Part shown: piece after piece, positions 9,185 through 16,380 of the stretch
Layout: each line of letters starts with the position of its first letter
How positions within the stretch are numbered: the first letter of the stretch is position 1
Notes under the pieces: generated by a model
What the model saw: the letters and a program-made list of their open reading frames with translations, nothing else
What the model was told of the DNA's origin: nothing
Databases searched by the model: none
Origin: a virus
Taxonomy: Duplodnaviria > Caudoviricetes
IMG/VR virus record: IMGVR_UViG_3300031992_000007
Location: 128,001-192,000 of that record
Length of the DNA: 64,000 bases
Direction: 5' to 3' (one strand)
Position numbers and translations under genes: made by a program

Positions 9185-9995
9185 CCATCTTTTGACGCCA
9201 ACCCAATTAGAGGATGCACTCAGCGCTTTACTACAGAGGATGACCTTAGGTCTTTCTGTACATTCCTAAAGCCTAACGGAGGACTGTGTGGACGTGTGAG
9301 TAATAGACGTGAACCTTAACCTATCCCACGTTTGATTATCTTCGCACGGAGTCCTTCTAAAATTGAGTTGATGTAACGTCATCGATCCGACTAACTACCC
9401 TCAGTGCGTTGCCCGCGGCCTGCTGCTCCGCGGTAAATGAATGAACAGATATAGGTGAATGAAGGATCGGGATATCGAGGGAGTACAAGGTCGATAGACA
9501 AACATCAGAGCAGAAGTTAAAAGTGTGTGCCGATAGAACACCACGTCATTACCTTAGGGCGTTCTGAGAGGAGCCTAGAACTTATCAGAATGCCCGCCTA
9601 GCTAGCGTCAAAGGTATCACCCACATAACGTTCGTCATGACGTATCCGAATCTGGGAAGGTTCGGTTGGATGTGGGGTTAGGTTAAAAGGTAGATTCTAT
9701 CTGCGCGGAACGTGTCCTGGTGGATGTTCTAATTCCATCAGGTTCGCGCATACCCACAATAGACAGATGTTCTGTTATTGTGACAAATTAGCGGTTCGTC
9801 GGTTGTGTGAGTATAAGTGAATCCGAGTTTAAGTTATCAGAGTCAGTGATGACCCACAGGTGGCATCTGCAAAGGTGGCTCCGGTGGGCATTTGGTCGAA
9901 CTGACATCCAAGTCTGTAACTGCTTCGGTGCTACGCTCCCCTCAACCGGAAGTAATTCCGGAGAAACCGATACCTTCTTAACAGCGGAGAAAGGT
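9185..9995 (+). ncRNA. Large ornate ncRNA candidate 1 (~800 nt)
   Basis: No credible ORF; long-range 10-bp helix 9189-9198/9605-9614; hairpin loop TTAACCTA 9316-9323 complementary to TAGGTTAA 9679-9686; many strong hairpins such as GGGCGTTCTGA/TCAGAATGCCC. Confidence 0.7.
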
Positions 9996-10004
9996 TGACT
10001 GCAA

Positions 10005-10244
10005 ATGGCATTGCGACCAAAACATCAGGTTGAAGCATATGAGAAAGCGACAGTCCTTGATATGCCATGTGGTTTCTGTTGTACAATGATGCCTGTTCCT
10101 AGGGAACTCTATGAACAAGGTGGTATCTACAGATGTCCAAAGTGCAAGATGGCTGTTAAATTCAAGAAACACAAGATCAAGGTTGCCAAACGGACCAGGA
10201 AGTTCAATATTCGGAACCGAATTAACGTACCAGATTTCTCGTGA
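10005..10244 (+). CDS. Small basic zinc-ribbon protein
   Basis: CGFC...CPKC; Lys/Arg-rich C-half. Confidence 0.65.
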   Translation: MALRPKHQVEAYEKATVLDMPCGFCCTMMPVPRELYEQGGIYRCPKCKMAVKFKKHKIKVAKRTRKFNIRNRINVPDFS

Positions 10245-10312
10245 TATACCAGTTGTAGAAATTGACATTACCTTTCTATGTAGGCAACCGCCTACAGGAA
10301 GGTATGGGTCAG

Positions 10313-11032
10313 ATGAAGAAACTAATCTTGGCACTGTTGCTAGTTGCCACATGTTGCATAGTCGGCATCGGAGCAGCTACCTCAGCCTCAACGGTATCCG
10401 CGTTAGAAGTGGTCGATGAATACAAGCTCACGATGATACTCCAGGTTCCGCATACGTTCGATAACATGCAGTCTCTAGGGTATCGTAAGCTCAAACATCA
10501 ACGTGTCGAAGGTACACTGAAGATCGTCTATTCGGCAGATGGTTCACGTTCTCCCTACATAGAGGTCACCAATCTGGTCAACAGGAGCTACAAGCTCAGC
10601 AATGGTAAGTATGTAACGTATACCGCACTGATGGGCGATGTGTTCCACATTGGCTATATCGGTAACAACAGAACTGGGGTGTTCAAGAAACCCTTTGTCT
10701 CATTCTCTATGGACTGCGATCCGTCGTACAATGTCGGCGACGATGAACCCGATAATACCCTTGTCCTTGAATGCTCTGGGTATGGTACTTCCAGGACCAT
10801 GCTTTGGAACGGCTACAAGGTCAGGTATATCCGTTCACTGGTAGGAGAACTCGCTGGTAACTTGGGTTGTGGTTGCAGAGCTTACGGTCATACTTCAGCC
10901 ACTCGTCAAGCTGGTTGGATTGGTCCCACTGACACAGTGGTGGACATAGCTGCTATTAAAGCTGGCAGGTGGCGTATCGCATGGAAAGCTCGGTATATCA
11001 GAGAAGCCCAGTCTGACGACGAGGATTACTAA
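10313..11032 (+). CDS. Secreted/periplasmic hypothetical protein
   Basis: Signal peptide MKKLILALLLVATCC...; ACATTAC early-type promoter at 10265-10271. Confidence 0.75.
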   Translation: MKKLILALLLVATCCIVGIGAATSASTVSALEVVDEYKLTMILQVPHTFDNMQSLGYRKLKHQRVEGTLKIVYSADGSRSPYIEVTNLVNRSYKLSNGKYVTYTALMGDVFHIGYIGNNRTGVFKKPFVSFSMDCDPSYNVGDDEPDNTLVLECSGYGTSRTMLWNGYKVRYIRSLVGELAGNLGCGCRAYGHTSATRQAGWIGPTDTVVDIAAIKAGRWRIAWKARYIREAQSDDEDY

Positions 11033-11050
11033 AAAGAAAAGGAGGGTGAT

Positions 11051-11278
11051 ATGCTCCATACATTGCTCATCGGTGTTGCAATAGTGGTCGGTGTCATTGT
11101 AGCCCTCCTAGTTATAGCTTTTCTCGGTTGTCTATACTACGCTTGTGTGTTAGCACGAGCAGAAACAATTAAAGCGCAGACTGGTTGTACTGATGAAGAA
11201 GCAGTGGCCAGAGCCTTGCACGAAGTATCTGCCAATGCAAGCACGATTCAGAATCCAAATGGTCTTCAGTTCGGTTGA
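11051..11278 (+). CDS. Small single-pass membrane protein
   Basis: N-terminal 30-aa hydrophobic segment; SD GGAGG. Confidence 0.7.
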   Translation: MLHTLLIGVAIVVGVIVALLVIAFLGCLYYACVLARAETIKAQTGCTDEEAVARALHEVSANASTIQNPNGLQFG

Positions 11279-11295
11279 ACAAAAAAGAAACATCA

Positions 11296-11323
11296 CCTCC
11301 ACGAGCCCGAAGGCTCGTGGAGG
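11296..11323. terminator. Bidirectional terminator
   Basis: CCTCCACGAGCC-CGAA-GGCTCGTGGAGG between convergent ORFs. Confidence 0.75.
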
Positions 11324-11341
11324 ATCAGTCTCTCTTTTTCG

Positions 11342-11638
11342 TTAATCCCCGATGCGCCGATCAGGGTCGACTTCGTCTTCCTTGGCCGACTTGCCGGGAT
11401 GCTTGATCGCTTCCACGATCTGCTCCTTGATAGAGCTTATCGCTTTGTTGACGATCGCCTCGACGAACTGCTTGGTCTCGGTGCTAGGTTTGCGAATGAT
11501 CTCGCATTCCTTGCATTCACGACGCAGTTCCTTGCGCTGCTCCCAATCCAGACGCTTGACATCGATGATGTCCTTGATGTCCAGATCGAGCTCACCGAGT
11601 TCGAAGCTGCAGTTGACTTTGATTCCATTGATCTTCAT
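11342..11638 (-). CDS. Early hypothetical protein
   Basis: SD AGGAG; TATACATTAC promoter at 11681-11690. Confidence 0.7.
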   Translation of the reverse strand: MKINGIKVNCSFELGELDLDIKDIIDVKRLDWEQRKELRRECKECEIIRKPSTETKQFVEAIVNKAISSIKEQIVEAIKHPGKSAKEDEVDPDRRIGD

Positions 11639-11767
11639 GTTTGTATCTCCTGTTTGAGGTTTATGGTTTATGACACCTGAGTAATGTATACGTGAAGAAA
11701 TTCGATTAACACGTCTTTAAACTTTTACATGTCTGCTTTATGTTTATGCTTAACTGGAGGACGACAA

Positions 11768-11965
11768 ATGTGGGGATCTGAACTTCACTACGCTATCGAG
11801 ACTGTTGAGCTCACTTGCCCTAATGATGACTACCTCGATATTCTGTTTAGACAGGATCAAGAGACCTTTAAACGTCGTAGTGATGAGTTGTCAGAACAAG
11901 CACACTTCCTTAGGAAGAAGTGGCTCCCATCCAGACCCAAGAAAGTAAGATGGAGAAAGGGATAA
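11768..11965 (+). CDS. Small hypothetical protein
   Basis: SD GGAGG before ATG 11768. Confidence 0.6.
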   Translation: MWGSELHYAIETVELTCPNDDYLDILFRQDQETFKRRSDELSEQAHFLRKKWLPSRPKKVRWRKG

Positions 11966-11968
11966 ACC

Positions 11969-12184
11969 ATGCCTGTATCACCTGTTCGTGTTACCTTCGT
12001 CTTCCATGACGATGAGCAACTGCACCATTTCCTGGATAAAAATAACATCGACACCTATACTTATAATTGGAAGAAGGGTGAATACCTGATCGATTTGTCA
12101 GGCGATGTTAAAGAGTCGATCAAAACTGTTGCGGCGGAACCTGTCAAGGAACAACCTGCCTCAGTGGTTAGCGAGTTCATCTAG
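11969..12184 (+). CDS. Small hypothetical protein
   Basis: Closely follows the previous ORF; normal composition. Confidence 0.6.
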   Translation: MPVSPVRVTFVFHDDEQLHHFLDKNNIDTYTYNWKKGEYLIDLSGDVKESIKTVAAEPVKEQPASVVSEFI

Positions 12185-12655
12185 TGATTTCAACAGTACG
12201 CATCACCATGTAGCGAAAGCTACCAGATGTTGCGGGCTCTGACCTATCAGGTAGTGCTGTAGGTTGCAAACTCAGCACAGCTATTGATAGGTGCCTTAGA
12301 CCGATGGGCTCGACTCTCGCGGTAGCCTTAGGCTTGGCGGGAGATGAGTCAATGTACAACATAACCACACAGTTCATGTCGCCTAAGAAAGTGACTTGCA
12401 GGTGACAAACTGTATGTGGAGTGAGTACAATGAGACCATGGGAAGACGACGCGGCAGCAATCACTAGCTTCATGCGTCTATCGGTAGGCTTTACCCGTGG
12501 TTTCCATTAAGTGGAAAGTGGTTCACTTACACCGTGTTGGGACCGAACGAGCCGAACCTAAAGTCGGAAATAGAACACGGTTAGATCCGCAGGGTGTTCG
12601 AATACGCTCTGCTAATGCTTCGCGGGAGTTCGTGAATTGCAACTCCTGCACCCCA
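12181..12655 (+). ncRNA. Large ornate ncRNA candidate 2 (~475 nt)
   Basis: Closing helix CTAGTGATT 12181-12189 / AATCACTAG 12459-12467; TAGC-GAAA-GCTA tetraloop; T-loop hairpin GCAGGGTGT-TCGAAT-ACGCTCTGC; ends ...CACCCCA. Confidence 0.65.
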
Positions 12656-12660
12656 TATAC

Positions 12661-12794
12661 GACCACGCACCACGGTTGGTAAATGGTTTTGAGGATGCGT
12701 TATGATTCGTCCATGCTAGCTGGCGGATGAGCAGAGTACTCCTTAACGTATCTCTCTGACTTTTTAGACAGTTCGAATCTGTCATGCGTGGTCA
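12661..12794 (+). ncRNA. Expanded tRNA-like RNA A (134 nt)
   Basis: 9-bp acceptor GACCACGCA/TGCGTGGTC+A; D-loop-like GTTGGTAAA; T-arm GACAG-TTCGAAT-CTGTC; long branched stem replaces the anticodon arm. Confidence 0.75.
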
Positions 12795-12800
12795 CCCTAT

Positions 12801-13070
12801 CGATGTGGACTGGTGGAAGCAGATGAACACTATCCGGCTGCGATGCTGGACGAGGGACAAGAGGCTCATTTAGGCAATGTAGAATTGCCTTTGAGGTGAG
12901 TACTGGTGTAACACTCTCAGGCAGACACTATCTTGAAAGCTGCGAGTTGATCACATACACAGAAGATCGCATCAGCTGTGTGTGGTCGGGATGAACGGTT
13001 CGCAGTGAGTGAGAGACCGTGGCGGTACGGCAACGACGCCCACTATTGGTTCGAGTCCAATGCACATCGT
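12801..13070 (+). ncRNA. Expanded tRNA-like RNA B (270 nt)
   Basis: Acceptor CGATGTG/CACATCG; D-arm-like CTG-GTGGAAG-CAG; T-arm ATTGG-TTCGAGT-CCAAT; about 210-nt multi-hairpin insert. Confidence 0.75.
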
Positions 13071-13084
13071 CCCTTTCAATTTCT

Positions 13085-13370
13085 TGTCGGTCGATCAAAA
13101 AGAAAAGAGACCGCTACGGCGATCCTTCTCCTGCATGTAGTATACTTCATCGGAATAGTAAGCGCCAATGTTTGTCACTGTGCATGTATTTTCGATCGAC
13201 ATTTTGTCTTCTCCAGCTGTCGCAATGCATGGCGATAGATGGAAAGTGGAACAACCGAACCTAATCGGTGTAGCCCCTATCCCAGTAGAGGAAGCTGAGG
13301 CGAAAACAAACCCTGTTCGCAGGTCAGTTGAGATGAGTGGCGCCATCTTGTAAAAACTATGCCGGCCTTT
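13085..13370 (+). ncRNA. Possible further structured RNA
   Basis: GTCGATC/GATCGAC helix, CTGTCGC/GCGATAG hairpin; shares TGGAAAGTGG...CCGAACCTAA..TCGG module with ncRNA 2. Confidence 0.4.
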
Positions 13371-13397
13371 CAACAACAAACAAACCAAAGGTGACAC

Positions 13398-13628
13398 ATG
13401 AGTAAATTGAAGCCGCCTGGTGTAAAACTTAAGATCACTGACTGCTCTAAGATCGATGGTGCGACTCCCATGACATTCATGTGTTCTCCACGCGGACCTG
13501 TGATAGTAAACTCTCCGGAAGAGTTTGACGACCTAACTGGTGAACCGCGTGGAACTACAAGGAAGATGATTCGTGCAACTGGAGCGAGACGTATATCGAT
13601 GATCGGTCGCATAAAGGTACCATCTTGA
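13398..13628 (+). CDS. Small basic hypothetical protein
   Basis: SD AAAGGTG; Arg/Lys-rich C-terminus. Confidence 0.6.
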   Translation: MSKLKPPGVKLKITDCSKIDGATPMTFMCSPRGPVIVNSPEEFDDLTGEPRGTTRKMIRATGARRISMIGRIKVPS

Positions 13629-13644
13629 TTAAGGAGGACTTTAA

Positions 13645-14442
13645 ATGAACCAGAAAGAGTTTGAAGATCACCTTACTCAGTGGATCAGAAGTATCAACTC
13701 GCATGAGGTCAGTGAGATTAAAGCCTTTACTGAGCTCGATAAGCTAATGCACGAGATTCCTCAGTGGGGCGATGAATCCATTGTGCCTGCAGACAGTAAC
13801 CTACTGCATTTGTATCGCAATCGCACTGTATTTTGGTTACATGCAATATCGTTAACACAGGTTGAACACACCTTTGTTCTTACTGGCGCTAAATCGAACG
13901 GTGAGTGCGGATACGTATATGTTGGACTGCCAACAAGTGTAGTTGAAACAGGACTAAAGGCGTACTTTAAGCAACGCCAAGAGAAACTGAAACTTGAACA
14001 AGGAAAACCAATGTCAAAAGTAAAACTCGGATTCAAGAAACTCGATCCTAAAGCACAGCTTCCGAAGTACGCCCACGAGGGTGATGCTGGTATGGACGTG
14101 TTTTCTCTGCACGATGTTGAGCTTCCTCTCAACAAGCCTGTCATTGTCAAGACAGGCATTGCTGCAGAGATACCTGACGGTTACGAACTCCAGGTCCGTC
14201 CTAGGTCAGGGTTCGCCGCCAAAGGCATCACTGTTTGGAATGCTCCTGGCACCATTGATTCTAAGTATCGTGGTGAGATTGGCGTGATACTGTTCTCCAC
14301 TGTTCCTGTTTATCGGGTCAATAGTGGAGATAAGATCGCCCAGCTCGTTCTTGCTCCTGTAACCTTCGCTGAACCTTACGAGGTCCATGAGCTTTCTGAA
14401 ACTGATCGTGGCACTGGTGGATTTGGTTCCACAGGGAGATAA
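13645..14442 (+). CDS. dut: Trimeric dUTPase with ~120-aa N-terminal extension
   Basis: Motifs AGMDV, PRSG, GTIDSKYRGEI, KIAQLV, RGTGGFGSTG. Confidence 0.95.
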   Translation: MNQKEFEDHLTQWIRSINSHEVSEIKAFTELDKLMHEIPQWGDESIVPADSNLLHLYRNRTVFWLHAISLTQVEHTFVLTGAKSNGECGYVYVGLPTSVVETGLKAYFKQRQEKLKLEQGKPMSKVKLGFKKLDPKAQLPKYAHEGDAGMDVFSLHDVELPLNKPVIVKTGIAAEIPDGYELQVRPRSGFAAKGITVWNAPGTIDSKYRGEIGVILFSTVPVYRVNSGDKIAQLVLAPVTFAEPYEVHELSETDRGTGGFGSTGR

Positions 14443-14444
14443 TC

Positions 14445-14681
14445 ATGGCAACAGTAACAGATAGGATCAAGAACCTTCTTGTTGACCAACTGGGGTTGAA
14501 CAAGGAGGAGGTCGAAGATACGTCCAAGTCGTGGTCTGACCTTGGTGCTGATGAACTTGACATCGTTGAGATCATTATGGCTTGCGAAGAGGAATTCAAC
14601 GTTACCATCTCCGAGGAAGAATCGGACAATGCCACGACGGTCAACAAACTCATCGAGACCATCGAGTCCAAGCTGAAGTAA
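14445..14681 (+). CDS. Acyl carrier protein homolog lacking the phosphopantetheine serine (DLGADELD)
   Basis: 78 aa, acidic, ACP pattern DLGAD-x-LDIVEIIMACEEEF; codon GAA at 14553-14555 where Ser is invariant. Confidence 0.9.
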   Translation: MATVTDRIKNLLVDQLGLNKEEVEDTSKSWSDLGADELDIVEIIMACEEEFNVTISEEESDNATTVNKLIETIESKLK

Positions 14682-14684
14682 ATT

Positions 14685-15325
14685 TCCTGGTATACTGGAC
14701 ATCCCAGGCAGCTCCGTAGCCATTTAATTCCCTTGATGGTTATTGGACCTGAAGTCCCCAAAGCGAGCACCGATCTTGTTCGTTAGAGCCGGATCGGTGG
14801 GGATGAGGTGTAGGTGCCCTCCTCGAGTATTGACGGGTAGTAGGTCGAGGCTTAGCCGCCTGACGATCGAATCCGTGGTTGCTGCGACAGTATTTGAGTC
14901 TGATCTTCCTGTCGAGATGCAATACTGAAGGATCAACTTGTTAGTACGTTATGCCTCGCGTCGAACCTATCGCCTCTACCTCGTAGAGGGGTCTAGTAGA
15001 CGGATCTCATTCTTAACCCATGATCTGGCGAGTATGGAAAGAAAGCTGGAGGAAAGTTAAGTCACCATCTCGGAACTATTCGCAGATGGACACCTCGTGA
15101 GATCGACTAACGAAAGTAAAAATTAAGGCAATGAGGTCATCGATTTCAAGGAGCTTGTTTAGAAACGGACAAGGCTTAGGCCGAAATGTAAAGTAGAGAG
15201 TTACCTCGATTAGGTATTGCATTAGTAGTGGCGAGCGAAAGTTGCTAGTTCTCATGATGTCTGAGAGCGACTCGAAATCAGAGTAGGGTGGGTAGCGCGT
15301 GGTTATCTAAACAAGTTCTACTAGA
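14685..15325 (+). ncRNA. Large ornate ncRNA candidate 3 (~640 nt) containing a 23S-rRNA-like motif
   Basis: No ORF; helices 14992-15000/15317-15325 and 15151-15163/15306-15318; many hairpins; AGTAGTGGCGAGCGAA at 15224-15239. Confidence 0.7.
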
Positions 15326-15326
15326 A

Positions 15327-15455
15327 CGCTGTATGACTGAGGTGGACTAAGGTTGGCGGACGGATTCGGAAGGCCGTCTCTGCACAAGACCGTGGATGGT
15401 ATGCACCACGATGCCTGGCTGAAAATGCCCGTGGGTTCGAATCCCACTGCAGCGA
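15327..15455 (+). ncRNA. Expanded class-II (Leu/Ser-type) tRNA-like RNA C (129 nt)
   Basis: Acceptor CGCTGTA/TGCAGCG+A; D-arm ACT-GAGGTGGACTA-AGGT; variable arm GGC-TGAAAAT-GCC; T-arm GTGGG-TTCGAAT-CCCAC; anticodon arm replaced by two hairpins. Confidence 0.8.
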
Positions 15456-15459
15456 TCAT

Positions 15460-15535
15460 TCCAACTTAGCTCAGTTGGTAGAGCGCCGCACTGTTAATGC
15501 GGTGGTCCCAGGTTCGAGTCCTGGAGTTGGAGCCA
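15460..15535 (+). tRNA. trnN: tRNA-Asn(GTT)
   Basis: Canonical 76-nt cloverleaf: TCCAACT/AGTTGGA, anticodon loop CT-GTT-AA, T-loop TTCGAGT, encoded CCA. Confidence 0.97.
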
Positions 15536-15545
15536 ACTTCCATAT

Positions 15546-15707
15546 CGTTGTCTAGTCCAGTACGTAGCTGGGGCCGCCTGTTTCAGCGGCTGTCTAGAGA
15601 GAAGGTGCACGTAGTATCTCTGGACCATAGAGCGTCAGCTTAAGGACTTCTGTGTAAACAGAACACCCTGGGTAATCGGTTCGGTTAAACTCCCTCGGCG
15701 ACGACCA
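15546..15707 (+). ncRNA. Expanded tRNA-like RNA D (162 nt) ending ACCA
   Basis: Acceptor CGTTGTC/GGCGACG+ACCA; D-like hairpin; GCCGC-CTGTTTCA-GCGGC arm resembling the tRNA-Asn anticodon arm; extra hairpins; T-arm degenerate. Confidence 0.6.
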
Positions 15708-15726
15708 ATACATTAAGGAGGAGCTC

Positions 15727-16095
15727 ATGAACATCACTCAAGGAATTTACGCCGGATGGAATATAGTGGTACACATGATCCCGCAGACTTCTGGACAGAT
15801 AGCTGTTAGCGCGAGATCGACCATCGATAAATGGAGGCCAGTGTTCTGTGAGAAGATAACGGTAGATCAAATCAGGTCTGCATTTAACATTACTGGTGAA
15901 GACTTTGGTTTCGTTAATATCCTCGAGCGCACAGCTGACAACGAAAAGGAATTCGGTTTTCAGTGGACATTCATGTTCGACAGACTTAGTGGAAAGATGT
16001 CGCAATACGAATTCCTGTCGTGCATATTCAAAGGCATCGACAAACTTAACGCCTTTATACGAGAGAATCTCGGTGAACAAACATCAAAGGAGTAA
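15727..16095 (+). CDS. Hypothetical protein
   Basis: Strong SD AAGGAGGAG. Confidence 0.75.
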   Translation: MNITQGIYAGWNIVVHMIPQTSGQIAVSARSTIDKWRPVFCEKITVDQIRSAFNITGEDFGFVNILERTADNEKEFGFQWTFMFDRLSGKMSQYEFLSCIFKGIDKLNAFIRENLGEQTSKE

Positions 16096-16097
16096 TC

Positions 16098-16295
16098 ATG
16101 GCGAACAAACCCGCACCTAAGAAAGAAGCAGCGCCTGCGGCTAAGAGCAAGAAGCCGCATTTCAAAGGCATCAACCACCCGAGGAACATCCACAAAGGAT
16201 TCCGTGGAAGTGGCAATGGTCAGCTGATCAAAGCTGCTCTTGAAGCACAGAGACGGAAACCTGTCGCTCCAGTCGCCTCTTCTACTAAAGAGTAA
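16098..16295 (+). CDS. Small basic protein
   Basis: SD AAGGAG; K/A/P-rich; UUCG terminator hairpin follows at 16314-16339. Confidence 0.7.
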   Translation: MANKPAPKKEAAPAAKSKKPHFKGINHPRNIHKGFRGSGNGQLIKAALEAQRRKPVAPVASSTKE

Positions 16296-16380
16296 GTTGA
16301 CGATTTCCTCATCCCTACTCTGGCTTCGGCCAGAGTAGGTCTTCCGCTATTTTTTGCTTAATCTAATTTAGGAGGTTGCT

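Noticed and set aside
12661-13070. Intron-containing tRNAs or a canonical tmRNA
   Set aside because: No group I P7 or group II domain V motifs seen, no reconstructable 7-nt anticodon loop, and no G3-U70 alanine identity
9807-13397. Short ORFs called within the RNA blocks (9807-9998, 12177-12473, 12497-12682, 12978-13397)
   Set aside because: No SD, unusual composition, and they overlap strongly paired RNA structure
15049-15068. RNase P RNA (GAGGAAAG...CACCAT resembles conserved region I)
   Set aside because: No matching P4 3' strand (ACAGAA...CTTA) could be found downstream
14685-15325. True 23S rRNA gene or fragment
   Set aside because: Similarity is limited to one or two short motifs; flanks are unrelated to rRNA
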